In this document: positions 20,359 to 39,790 of the stretch, one piece after another | How the letters are laid out: every line of letters starts with the position of its first letter | Position numbering within the stretch: position 1 is the first letter of the stretch | From: Gracilinanus agilis | Lineage: Eukaryota | Assembly: GCF_016433145.1 (NCBI RefSeq) | Contig: NC_058131.1 | Location: 401,831,938 to 401,895,937, forward strand | Direction of reading: 5' to 3' | Length of the DNA stretch: 64,000 nt | Position numbers and translations under genes: made by a program | Notes under the pieces: model-generated | Databases searched by the model: none | Told to the model about the DNA's origin: nothing | Seen by the model: the letters and a program-made list of their open reading frames with translations, nothing else

Positions 20359-23215
20359 CTTTCAAAGAATTAAATGGCTCCTTTTCACGGCCACAACAAA
20401 ATCTCGTCAATGTTTCCCACCAGCTTGATTCAAACATTCTCTCTGAATGGGAATGGTGTTCTTAGAGGAGGTGAAACTAGAAATCTGGCTCTGAGATCTG
20501 TAGGTTTCGAAAAGCTCTGAGGGCTGTCATAAACTTAATTTTATGGTTAATGAGAATCTCCTAGGCATAGTCATTTTTTGAGAAAAACTGCACAAGTTGA
20601 GAAAGAACATCCACAAACGAAACAAACTATTTAAAGAAGCTTCCAATAATTTGAATTGAATATGAACTCTAACGGAAGGAAGTGGCTATGAGGAGGTTTT
20701 TTTTTTTAATCAGGATGTGTTTAGTTTAAGATTTTTAAAATTTTGTTTTTTAAAAACCTGCTTAGCAAATTCCAAGTAAAAGAACTTCCATATACAAAGT
20801 TGAAAAGAGGAAGGTGATTGAACAGGAGTCTTTATCACTCACAGCTTGTTTTTCCTTTTAAATATTTAATTTAGGTAAGATAAGGAAACTTTTAATATAC
20901 TACTACGTTCTGGTTTAGGACATTTTCCAAAGCAAAATCAAAAAGATCTCAATTTTAACACCTTCAAAAACCCTGATAAAAATGCAATTTACATTTACAA
21001 AAATCCATGTGAGGGTATTTCTCCTTGATTTGCAGAGTATTTATGACAAAGGATTCCAGGTCTTCAACTAGTGGGGGAAAGAGTTCTCTGGGAAGGGGAT
21101 TCTGTTCTTTATTTTGAGTTCAATTTTGAATACTAGAGGAAAAGTCTGTCATTTAGAAGACCTTTATATTGAGTTCTAAGTAATAGGACGGACCCTTAGT
21201 GGGTTAGTTGAGGTAGAAACTGTCTTTTCACTGCTATCCTTGCATTTTCTAGATTTATCATAACCCCCAAAAAAGAAACTACACCTGATTCAATTCACCA
21301 TCATCTATCAAAATTCAAGTAATCCTTATACCAACATAGATCATATCCTATGACTGGTAGAGGGCACTAGCTTTGGGAGAAAAAGCCACACTATTGTAGA
21401 CAACTTGTGAATAAACTTAGCTAGGTTGTTGCTTGGATGATAGACTCACAATCAAGCATAAGTCCATATACTAAATTGTTGTTTTTTTCAATTGTTCAGG
21501 ACTTGCCAAAGCTTATAATCTGATGAAAATATTTAAGAACCTAGGGCCACCTCTACATAATGAGAAAGACTTAGAGGGAAGGTGCTTTCATAGATTCATC
21601 ATTACTATTCAAAATACATAGTCAACAGAAACTTCTTCAGAAAGAAATTACATAACATGCTCAAATAGTTCAAAGGAATAGAAAACTCCAGGAAGAATAT
21701 GCAAATCTTGTAAATCAGATTTATCTATTTCTTTTGTCCAGTGAAATGTCTATTCTATTTCATTCAGGATATTCCTTTGCCTTACTAGTGCAATTCAACA
21801 ATAAATTCAATTCAAACTGATCTACTGGAACGCAAAAAGAATAAATACATGAATAACAATCTTTATAGCTATGAAGGTTGTTCTTTCTGTTTGCATCTAT
21901 CTTTATTGGCAGATGAGTATCTCAACACAAGGCAAACTTGGTCCTCACAAAACCACATAAAACAAAAAAATATAGAAAATAAGAATCATTTTGAAAATGT
22001 GATGCCCTAAATTTAGAATTAAATTCACTTACATTAAATTGTATATCTAATTTGAGTTCTGAGTATATCAAAGGAAATGTAGATTTAAAGCATATTGTAG
22101 TTGCATAGAAAAAGTTGTCAGCATTATCACATTGGTAAAGATTATAAATTCCTCAAAACTCTTCAAAAGCCATTTTATTGTAAAAAAAAATCAGGTAGTA
22201 AAAAATCCCACAAATTTTCTTTTTAATGTGCTTTAAATTTTTTCCTCCAAAAGGTAAAATTATTTTCATCTCGTATATTTTCCATTCAGTATGATTATAG
22301 CTTGGAATGTTATAATGAAGCACAAGAAAATTCTTGTTCTTTCAATAACATTTATGCTAATATTCCAAGGATCTGTGAATTCTTTGATAGGAAGCATCAT
22401 AGTAAAGTGAAAAAAGCTAATGGATTTCAAGTTAGAGGACCTAGGTTTAAATCCCACTTTTGTCATTTTTCTAGCTGGACTATTAAACATCTTTCTTTAG
22501 ATAGTCAATCTTCACATTCGAGGCTATGCTAAGTTTTTTCAGCCATACCATCTTGGAATAAATGATCTTTACCTACTGTAGTTGAAAAAAATGTATCACA
22601 TTGTAGACAATTTTCTAGTAATATACCTCCAAAAAATTTACTATCAGAAAAGCTTATACATGTGATTACAATACAGCTGGGGGGGGGGCAGGAAACATAG
22701 ATACATGTTTAATTACAATAAGAACTCCAAAATCAAAAGTTCCCAAAAGTACCAACTATACAAGAGAATCAAGAAGACATATTTTGCTATTAGAATAAGA
22801 TAATTACTTTCAGTGATAATATTTTTATTGTGACAAAAATTAGAAAACCTAGAAAGCATGCTGTTGCAGAACATATATAGAGTACAGTAGATGGTACAGA
22901 GTAGTGTACAGCAGAGGAGCTAAAGAGACTCAGTTATTCATAGCTAAAGGAGACTCTATATTGAAAAGATAGAAGAATTCAGAGATGAAGTTTCAATTGA
23001 TGAGTACCCTTTTAAGCTCCAGCATAAAGGATAAAATTGAACTACAAAAACAAGGGAGGCTAGATGAGGGAAAGGCATGCATTGTTAGAGAATTGTTAGA
23101 ATCTCCATTTAATTCATCAATATCCAACTGAATTAGAATATGTAGAAGGGAAACACTATTTAGCTCTTCTATAAGACATGAAGAATATTGAAAAATCAAC
23201 AAAGATGTTAATTCC

Positions 23216-23415
23216 TTTTTTTTTTTTAACCCTTACCTTCTGTCTTGGATACACAGTATTGACTCCAAGACAGAAGAGTGGCAAGGGCTAGGCAATGGGG
23301 ATTAAATAACTTGCCCGGGGTCACACAGCTAGGCAGTGTCTGAGGCCATATTTGAACCCAGGACTTATCATCTCTAGGTCTGACTCTCAATTCACTGAGC
23401 TACCTAGCTGCCTCC
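23216..23415 (-). mobile_element. Opossum tRNA-derived SINE just 3' of the PCDHB stop codon
   Basis: Poly-T at 23216-23227 followed by the reverse-complement SINE body; degenerate TSD aaa(g/t)atgtt(a/t)attc. Confidence 0.88.
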
Positions 23416-23453
23416 CAAATATGTTTATTCTTGAAAACATTCTTTTTCAATTT

Positions 23454-25889
<2,436 letters not shown>

Positions 25890-26004
25890 CTATTCGGGTG
25901 ACCGTCCTGGTGCTCTCTTCCTCCCCAGCTTTAGCTAACAAAGCTTCCAGCTCGGCTAACCTCGCCCTCTGCATCAGTAAATCCGATAGATTTCCTTTTC
26001 TTCC

Positions 26005-26032
26005 TTCTTAGCCTACAGCGCCACCAGGTGTC
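26005..26032 (-). promoter_or_regulatory. CSE / CGCT box
   Basis: ttcttagcctacagcgccaccaggtgtc, 193 bp upstream of the ATG. Confidence 0.88.
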
Positions 26033-26329
26033 CCAAAACGGCCTTTTATGTTCTCAAGAATATAAGGAAAATACTGTAATATGATTGTGGGCTAGGATCT
26101 GACCCCCAGATAAAAGGCGTTTCCCCAACTTCTTGTATGTAACAAGAAGCAGTCACTGTTTTTCTTTTTTCAATAGCGATTTTGTGAATTTAATAGTTTG
26201 TTTTCATTTGTAATGTTATTTTCCACGTATGTGATCATTGTCTTGGTTATTAACACTTCTTCAAAATGTTGAATGTTAATATGGCAAACATACTTTCAAA
26301 ATTGCAGAGATATTTGTATATACTTTAAG

Positions 26330-27620
26330 ACTTTTATTGATGCCTTTTGCTTTTAACATAACAATAATTTCTGGATATATTACTCTGGTCAGCAGACCTT
26401 CATTTATAAAAAAGAAAAAGTTAACCCAAACCAACCAGAATGGCTCTCTTTGACATAGAATAAAATATTTTAATTTTCATTTTTTTCTCAGCCTCACAAG
26501 CACTAAGTAAGATGTGCTTTCCTAAACATAAAGCAGAACAAATAAAAGGGATTTCACATTAAGCTGCACTGTATCAACTACATTTCACTTCTCCCTCCAA
26601 GCACACAACAAATTCAAAACGTTATTTTCATTTTTGTTTATGAATTTTTCTTTTTTAATTGACAAAATTTGATTTGGTTTCCCTCTGACCTTCACATACC
26701 ACTAAGAGGAGGAAATAATATCAAAATTATTGTAACAAATATACATAGTAGTCAAGGAAACAAATTCTTGCATTGACCAAGGAATATAAATGTTTGTGTG
26801 TATGCATACACACATATGTATACATACATATATACATGTACTTGTATATCTGCACCCTGAATCCTTCAGGGTGGACATATCTCTGTCAGGAGTTAGGTAG
26901 CATACTTCATCTTTCATCATAGGTCTTATGGAATCATGGTTGGTAATTGTATTTAGCAGACTTCTTAAACCTTTTGAAGTTCAATATGTTATTTTTAAAG
27001 CTGTCTTGATTGCCTACTTCCTACTGACCTACCTTGTGTTCATTTTTAAAGCCTCAGTGACTCTTCTTATTTCTTTGAATAAAATCAATCACTATCACTA
27101 CCTCTTTTTCTCCCCCATTCTCTCTCCCCAAATAAAACAAAAGTCATTTTTATCAAGATTAGTCAACAAAAACAAATCCTCACAGTGACCATGTCTCAAA
27201 ATAGATGTTTCATTCTGAAACTTTTGTTAATTAATCCATTATCTCCTAGGAGATTATATTGTTTTATCACCAGTTCTATAGAATCATGATTTGTCATTGC
27301 ATTTTTCAGAGTTTTAAAATCTTTCAAAGTTGTTTTTCTTTACCAAAGAGTTATTAGATAGTTTTTCCCCTGGGCTCCATTCACTTCAATCTAAATCAAT
27401 TCAGTTTTTCCAATACCATCCTTTTTTAAAAACCACTTCTTACAGCATAATAATATACTATTATGTAAATATTGCATAAATTGTTCAATTGTTACACAAA
27501 TGATGAGTATTCCCTTAGATTTCAGTCCTTTGCCATTATAAAAAGGGGGCTATAATTTTGTTTTTAACAGATGGATCATATTTCTCTTTCTTTAGTCTCT
27601 TTGGCATATAGGTCTGTGAT
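26330..27620 (-). mobile_element. Mosaic of old marsupial L1 3'-UTR-like fragments
   Basis: T-rich reverse L1-tail-like blocks (ttttattgatgcctttt..., aatagatgtttcattctg..., gccattataaaaaggggg); family not resolved. Confidence 0.5.
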
Positions 27621-27789
27621 ATCAGTGAGTCAAAGGTCCGAAGTGATATTTCACACTGTGTCCCCAAAGTCTCCAAAGAAAATACAAAAGCACATTTCCT
27701 TATATATTTTCTGGGACCAATTAGTTATTGAAAGTATTTGCTTTTGATTTAGTGTTCTTTTTCTTCATTACTGCAGTTATTGTGTATAT

Positions 27790-27965
27790 TCATTAGATCT
27801 GTAAAGGGCCTCATAGTCCTTCTGGTCCAATTTCCTCATTTGTCAAGTGAGGAAACCAAATCTGAAGAGGTTAAGTGACTTGTCCAGTTCAACACAGCTA
27901 GTATGTGTTGGAAATGAGATTTTAAGACAAGTATCCTGACTTCTGGCTATTTACTTTATCCAATG
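27790..27965 (-). mobile_element. MIR/MAR SINE fragment
   Basis: gtgaggaaaccaaatctgaagaggttaagtgacttgtccag...cacagctagt. Confidence 0.65.
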
Positions 27966-28185
27966 TGCCATATTTTCTTTCTTGGTTCTGCTTACTTTAC
28001 TAAGTTTCTGTTCCTACAAGACTTCTCACATTTCTCTAAATCCATCATATTATTTTTATTATATCTTATTATATATGTCAAAGTAATAATATTTCTTTAC
28101 ATTTACATGCCATAATCTGTTTAGATATTACTCAATGATAAGAACTCACTATTTTTCTGATAGCTATGAGGTGAAAGTAGTGCAA

Positions 28186-29115
28186 CCAAAATTAGAAGGG
28201 AAACATCAAACTGGGAAAAAATTATGACAAATTTCTCTGATAAAGGTATCATTTCTTAAATATATAAAGAACTAAGTTAATTTTGTAAAAATCCATGTCA
28301 TTTCCCAACTAATAAATGGTCAAAGTATATGAATAGGCAGTTTTCAGATGAAGAAATCAAAGCTATCAAAAATCATATGAAAAAATGTTCCAAATCACTC
28401 TTGATTAGAAAAATTAAAACTCTAAGGTACCACCTCAAACCTATCATACTGGACAATATGACAGTAAAGGAAAGTGACAAAAATTTGCTCTTTTTGTGGT
28501 GGCAAAGAATTGGAAAATGAAAAGATGTTCCTCCATTGGGGAATAGCTGAACAAATAGTGGAATATGATGGTGATGAAATACTATTGAACTATAAGGAAT
28601 GATGAGCAAGATGATATCAAAAGAGCTAGAAATACCAAATGGACCGATGCAGAGCAAGATAAGCAGAACCAGGAAAATACTGTACACAGTAATAGCAATA
28701 TTGTGGAATGATCAAATGTAAGCAGAACCAGGAAAATACTGTACACAGTAATAGCAATATTGTGGACTTAGTTACTCTCAGAAATACAATGACAAGGACA
28801 TATCTGAGGGACTTATGACAAAGAATACTATCCACCTCCAGAGAAGGAACTATAGGAGTAGGAATGCAGATGGAATCATATGATTTACCACTTGTTTATT
28901 TGGGCATGTGTTTTAGGGTTTTGGTTTTATAAGATTATTCACTTTCAAAAATGAATAATATGAAAAAGTTTTGAGTGATAATACATATATAACCCAGATT
29001 GAATTTGCCAGCTTTGGGAGTAGGGAGAGAATAAGAGAGTGAGAACATTTGGATCATATAACTTTGGAAAACTTATGTGTAAATTCATTATTAAAATTTA
29101 AAAACAAATTAAAAA
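28186..29115 (+). mobile_element. L1 3' fragment (ORF2 end and 3' UTR, internally deleted)
   Basis: ORF 28329-28520 NRQFSDEEIKAIKNHMKKCSKSLLIR...LRYHL is an L1 ORF2 C-terminal remnant, followed by a typical 3' UTR and A-rich end. Confidence 0.85.
28660..28766. repeat. 59-bp-period tandem duplication inside L1
   Basis: 48-bp perfect copy taagcagaaccaggaaaatactgtacacagtaatagcaatattgtgga at 28660-28707 and 28719-28766. Confidence 0.92.
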
Positions 29116-29119
29116 ACAA

Positions 29120-32100
29120 ATTAACCATAGATGAACAAAATACCTAGGAATATGTCTTCTAGAGACAATATGAACATAACTATAAAATCATTTTTATGAA
29201 AATATTCCAATTTAAATAGTTAGAAAAATATTAATTGTTCATGGGCAGGCAGAGCCAGTATAACTAAAATGACAATTCTACTTAATCAACTTATTCAATG
29301 TTATATTAATTAAATTATTGTTACTTTATTGAACTAGGAAAAATAATAAGAAAATTCATTTGGAAAAACAAAAGGTCAAGAATATCAAAGGAAAAGTGAA
29401 AAAATTGTTAAAGAAATTTAGTAGTACTAGATTTTGAACTGTATTATAAAGCAGTAATTACCAAAACTCTCAGGTACTGAGTTAAGAAATAGAAAAGTAG
29501 ATCAGTGGAACATAATACGTATACAACAAATAGCTGTAAAATAGTATAGTAATCTTGGGTTTACAAAGGTAAAAATCCAAGTCTTTGGAATAAGAATTCA
29601 CTATTTGGTAAAAATTATTAGGGAAACTGGAAAACAGTTTGGCAGAAACCAGATACAGACCATTATCTTTCAATATTTACCAAGATAAGATCAAAATGGA
29701 TATATTACCTAGGTAAAGGGAGATATTATAAGCAAATTAGAAGAACAGGAAATATATTACCTATCAGATTTATAGATAGGAGAAAAAATTAAGACTAACC
29801 AAGAGACAGAAAACATTGTGAAATATAAAACTGATCATTTTAAATGCACTAAACTGAAATATTTTTGTCAAAATAAAATGAATATAGCCAAGATTAGAAG
29901 TAAAGCAATAAGTTGGGGGAAAGTTTTTATAGAAAGTTTTTCTGCTAGATGTCACATATCTAAAATGTATAGAGGACTGTGTCAAATATATAATAATATG
30001 ATCCATTTCCCAAATGATAAATGGTCAAAAGATATGAATAAACAATTTTTGGATGAAGGAATTGAGGCCGTATATAACAATATGGGAAAATCCTCTAACT
30101 CTATCAATTAGAGAAATACAAATGAAAACAACTTTGAGATATCATCTTACATCTATCAAATTGGCTAAAGCAATAAAAGGTCAAAATGACAACTGTTGGA
30201 GGAGATGTGGAAAAATGAGGACATTAATATGTTCGTGGAACTGTGAACTGATCCAACTCTTTTGAAGAGTAATCTGGAATTATACTATAAGAGTTATAAG
30301 ACTGTGTCTATCTTTCAACCCAGCAATGCCACTATTAGGTTTATTTCATAAGGTGATGAAGGAAAAAGAAAAAGAAACCATTTGTTCTAAAGTATTTTTT
30401 AGAAGGTGGAGCCAAGATGGTGGCTTAGTAGCAGTGAAAACTGAAATTGCTCTGACAATGCTTCCAAAATAATCTTTAAAAAGCACCTCAAAATGACAGA
30501 AGTAAAAAACCAACAGCAAAACAGAGGGAGGTGGCTCACCCACTGAATATAACTTGAAAATTAAGCAGAGAGAGTTGATTTTCATGGGATAAGAGGGAAG
30601 CAGAAGCAAAATTGCACAGGAAGGAGTGCTGACTGATTACACCCCTGCCTTTTGCACCAGCTTTCATGCCTGGGCATAGGTCATCTTCAGGATTCCAGGA
30701 CCCGGGCTACACCAACAAAAGAATCCCTGAGATCCACCTCCTTGAAGTCCCAGCCCTGGCATCAGCCAATAGTGAAGTGCAGAAGTACTTTCTGGGCCCT
30801 TTCAAGCCTTCACTATTGAGGTAAAGATGTAGCCCCAGGGCCAAATAGCTCATGGTGGTGAGCCCTGCAAGCCAGCAGCAGAGGAGATAGAATCATCAGC
30901 TTTCATATTTCCCAGACCACAGGCAAAAAAATGGCTAGGAAAATGAGCAAACAGCAAAAGAAACTCCTAACCCTAGAAAATTTCTATGCTGACAAAGAGC
31001 AAAGTACAAAATCAAAAGGGGATGGTGAAATCCAAACAACAATATGCAAAACAAAAAGAAAAATGGAAATTGTTCTCAAACTCTGGAAGAACTATAAAAG
31101 GAATCCAAAGATCAAATAAGATAGGTCAAAGAAAACTAGGGAAAAGAAATTAAAGTAATGCAAAAAGAAAATAACAGCTTAAAAAGCAAAATTGGTCAAC
31201 TGCAAAAAGAGGCATAAAAATCCAAAGAAGAAAAGAGTTTTCTAAAAGACAAAATTGGCCTACTGGAAGAAGAGGGGGGGAAATTCAATTTAAAAAGAAT
31301 GTCATGAAAAGTAAAATGCACCAAATGGAAAAGGAGAATCAAAAGGTCATGGAAGAAAATCAGTCTTTAAAACTTAGAATTGGACAAATAGAAGCTAATG
31401 ACTTCACAAGACGTCAAGAAACAATAAAACAAAATCAAAAGAATGAAAAAATGGGGGGAAAGTGAAATATCTCATTGAAAAAAACAACTGACATGAAAAA
31501 TAGATCCAGGAGAAATAATTTAAGAATTATTGGACTACCTGAAAGTTATTACCAAAAAAAAAAAAAAAGAAAGGCTAGATATATTACAAGAAATTATCCA
31601 AGAAAACTGCCCTGATAGTCTTGAACAATAGAGTAAAATAGAAATTGAAAGAATCTACAGGTCACTTCCTGCTACAAATCCACAAAAGACAACCCCCAGC
31701 AATGTTATATCCAAGTTCAAGAATCCCAGGCCAACGAGGAAAACATTGTAAGCAGCCAGAAAGAAACAATTCAAATATCATGGAGCCCCAGTCAGGATTA
31801 CACAGGATCTGGCAGCTTCCACACTGAAAGACTAGAAGGCTTGGAATATGATATTCCAGAAGGCAAGGGAATTGGGTTTGCAACCAAGAATCACCTACTC
31901 ATCAAAACTGACTACATTCTTTCAGGGGAAAGTATGGTCATTTAATAAAATAGAAAATTTCCTAGCATTCCTGAAGGAAAAAACTGACAAAATATTTTAG
32001 CAACTTTTTGTGGTGGCTAAGAACTGGAAACTGAAGGGATGGTTAACCAAGTTGTGGTATATGATTTTACTGAAATACTATTGTGCCATAAGAAATGACA

Positions 32101-32560
32101 AATAAGATGATTACAAAAAACCTGGGAAAACATATGACATATGAAGAAATACAACATGATGTGAGCAAAACCAGAAGAACATTGTATACAATAACAACAA
32201 TACATGATGAGCAACAGTTAATGACTTAACTATTTTCAAGAAGGCAAAGATCCAGGATAACTCCAAGGGGCTCATGGTGAAAAAAAGATAACCACCATCA
32301 TAGAAAGAACAGGTGAACTCTGAATGCAGATTGAAACATACCATTCATCACTTTATTTCCTCCATGAATTTTTCTTTAGATTCAGCAGTACACACCTCAT
32401 TTCACAACATGATGGGCAGGGAAATATGTATTATATGATAGCATACATACAACCTATATCATATTACCTGCCTTATTGGGGATGAGAGAAAGAGAACATG
32501 TATTTTAAATGCCAGAAAATGAATATAAAAATTGTAATGTGTAATATGAAAAACATCTTT
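29120..32560 (+). mobile_element. Old L1 ORF2 3' part and 3' UTR (host element, split by an insert at 30403-31988)
   Basis: ORF2 remnants in ORFs 29818-30111 and 30053-30265 (IREIQMKTTLRYHL). Sequence before 30402 continues directly after 32000 (...tattttag caactttttgtggtggc). Confidence 0.82.
30403..31988 (+). mobile_element. 5'-intact, 3'-truncated L1 (5' UTR plus decayed ORF1) nested in an older L1
   Basis: Begins ggagccaagatggtggc; ORF1 ATG at 30931 (MARKMSKQQKK); ends near the end of ORF1; degenerate TSD aaagtattttttag / aaaatattttag. Confidence 0.8.
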
Positions 32561-33849
32561 TAAAATTAAACTCCCCCAAAGATGAATGAGACTAGAAACT
32601 GATGGAGAAGCATATATTACACTTTGGAATTGCTTTAAAATGTGCAAACACATCTAAACTGCACTATTACAGTGAAGGTTTTCAAAATATGGCTACATAT
32701 GTCCAGATGGCTGAGCATAGCTTCAACATAGAGAGGGATTGGACTGCTATTATTATTTTAAGCTTTTGAGACACCTGGAAATCAACTTCTTTATAAAGAT
32801 GAAATAAGAATTCTATTTATATTAACAATTGTATCAATATTAAACATTGATAGAATACATCTTAAGCAATGAATTAGCCTTGAAAAGTTGTTCTTAATTT
32901 AATTTTTAAGGTGATTTAAAAAACTCTTCACATTATGAAAATGGTATTTGTCTGGTATTTTCCCCATTCAATTTGTTCCAGCAGTTTAGGCTGGCATAAT
33001 GAAATAGTGAGATTATTATTTCTTGATGATATGTAAACCAAAGGAATGTGAAGGAATAAAACAAAGTGATACTGTGGAAAATGAGAATATTTCAAGATAG
33101 CAGTAATGTAAGAAGTAGAAAAGTATTAAGTGTAAGTATTTAGATAATCATATCTCTGAAGATAGAGGCAATTTCAGCCAGAAGAGCAGCCCACTCAACC
33201 CAAAAACATCAAACAAATCATAATTTTAGGTCCAGTTAACAATGGTGATCAGCTGCTTTTCTTATACTGAAGAAAACTCCAACTCAATTTCTTTTTTGGA
33301 TACTTGAAGATTTAATTTACACCAGACTTTCTATAACATTAACTATATCATATTTTTCCCCTCATTCCACAGAATGACCAATGACAAAATGAGCTGTCAA
33401 TTGTGGAAGTGCTTAACTTACATTATAGAAAATATAAGAGATTAAAAAAACTAAAATACCATTGAATTGAAGCATATAGTTCTTGTATATATTTAAAACA
33501 TAATTTTAAAAGCCCAGTAGAATATTATTCAGCAATCATGGAAAAGATAATGCATTTTTCATAGAAGCCCTTATATTATGCTTGACATAAAAACATGGGG
33601 AGAACTAAGAGCCAGAAGGATATGTGAAATATAATATTTTATGTAAAATATGGGGTGCTTCATGATTTTCCATCCTGGAGCAGGAATCATATTAACTCAT
33701 CATTATACATTCCAATTTTAGTATACATACTTCTGATGAATGCCAAAATGTCATTTGCAATGGAAATGTGTTTCATTATGTTAAAATACCAGTAACATAA
33801 ACTGTTATAAAAATATTGCATCTTGCTATTAGCAATAAGCAACAGATCT

Positions 33850-33950
33850 GTTCTTAGAAGATTTAGTTACTTAATTTCACTGGGCCTCAGTTTCCTGATG
33901 TGTAAGATAAAGGAGTTGCACTATATAACATCTGAAGTCCCTTCCAAATA
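33850..33950 (+). mobile_element. MIR core fragment
   Basis: ttacttaatttcactgggcctcagtttcctgatgtgtaagataaaaggagttg. Confidence 0.6.
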
Positions 33951-34154
33951 TAAATAAATGTTAAAAGGGAAATTGTTAAACGCCAAGGAAATACATTTAA
34001 TAAATCACTTAACTAAACTATTGGTTACTTGTATAGAGCAAAATAAAACATGTAAAAATGGTTATAGTAAGATGTAATTAGAAAAGATGAATAATCCTCA
34101 TAAATTAATATCATGGAATTCATAGTATAGAGGAGTCATTAATTAATGTCAAAG

Positions 34155-35955
<1,801 letters not shown>

Positions 35956-36040
35956 CTAAGTCATTGAAGTGTGCTTTTTTAAGAACTGTAACTTTTGTTC
36001 ATTACTTGAATCAATATCCATTAAAAAAAAAACCATAATA

Positions 36041-36225
36041 GGGGGCAGTGGGTAGCTCAGTGGAGTGAGAGTCAGACCTAGAGACAGGAGGTCCTAGGTT
36101 CAAACCCGGCCTCAGCCACTTCCCAGCTGTGTGACCCTGGGTAAGTCACTTGACCCCCATTGCCCACCCTTACCAATCTTCCACCTATGAGACAATACAC
36201 CGAAGTACAAGGATGTAAAAAAAAA
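36041..36225 (+). mobile_element. Young SINE1_Mdo-type SINE
   Basis: Near-consensus body ending ...ccacctatgagacaatacaccgaagtacaagg and A tail; TSD aaaaaaaaccataa on both sides. Confidence 0.93.
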
Positions 36226-37498
36226 CCATAACATTTAAACCACAAAGACAGTAGCAAAATATTCATATATACCATACCATGAAATTTAGCACTCTACTGA
36301 TAGAAAACTAAAGTTCAGTTCAATCAAGTTTTATCTGGTTTTATTTGGTTAAGAGCAGGCATTTTGAGTTAGCTTACCATTAGCACATACATATAACCAT
36401 TATTGTCACAAAATGAAACCTTATCAAAATTATTGGTTGTCTCAATAATTTTGCACACTACTGTAGATGACATAGTCCAAATTGTTCTTTATTAGAAGTG
36501 ATGAAACTAAGGCCACAAAATGCTGATATATATTTATTAATATAAGCTACCACAAGTTCCTATTTAGATAGATGGCATTATTCTCGACCTTTGTTATGCT
36601 ATCACCTGTCTTATAGTTTCATAACAGATATTCCTCTTACAAGACCATTTAATTTTAAGTTTTTCTTTCACCATCTAAAGATGAAGTACTAAAATTATAA
36701 TTTTCCCCAAGTTTAGGAAGGGAGCTCATTTTTTTTGAGAACAGAAAATAATTTTTGAGAGATAGTTGAACAGGTGTCATAACAGTGTGGGTAGAATGCA
36801 GAACATGGCTTTAGGAAGGGCTAGGTCTACATCCTGCATTTAACACTGACTACTTTTTCAACTATGAGTAAATCTCTTCATCTTGTTGAGCCTAGGAAAC
36901 TATCATTTATGGCCTGAGTTCTTGGAATTCTCAAATCAGGTAAATGACAAGCCTTTCATGTTTTGTCACCATTTTCATAAAGAAACACAAAAATAATGGA
37001 ATGCATTTATTATTTAAAGCAGAGAACTCACTTTTAACATAGTAAAAAAGTAAACATCTCTTTAGCCACTTGCCTCATGAGGGCATACCTATGAAGTGAA
37101 AGGTAAACATAAAGGTATGTAAAATAGAATGTGAGTGAAATTCTAAAATTGATCAACAGTAGAAATGAATCTCATTTTTAAAAATTTGAGAGATGATAGT
37201 TCAACTTCCCACTTTATTATTTGAAGGTTAAATATAATTAAAATGCAATTAACTACAGGCAGATTATGTAAAATGTAAGGACATTACATCTTCAGTTTGT
37301 TAGCTAGCTAAAATCTTTCGTTAATGAAAATCATCACCAAAAAGTTTTCCTGTCTGCCTATAAGCTCTATGATTTGGATCCAGGACTATCATAAATCCAA
37401 TTGCTGGCCACATGGGAGAAAAAATCACAGATCCAGGAAGTCTCAGTATCTAAATAACAAGTCATAGAAATGTCAAAGAAACAATAAATTTACACAAT

Positions 37499-39790
<2,292 letters not shown>

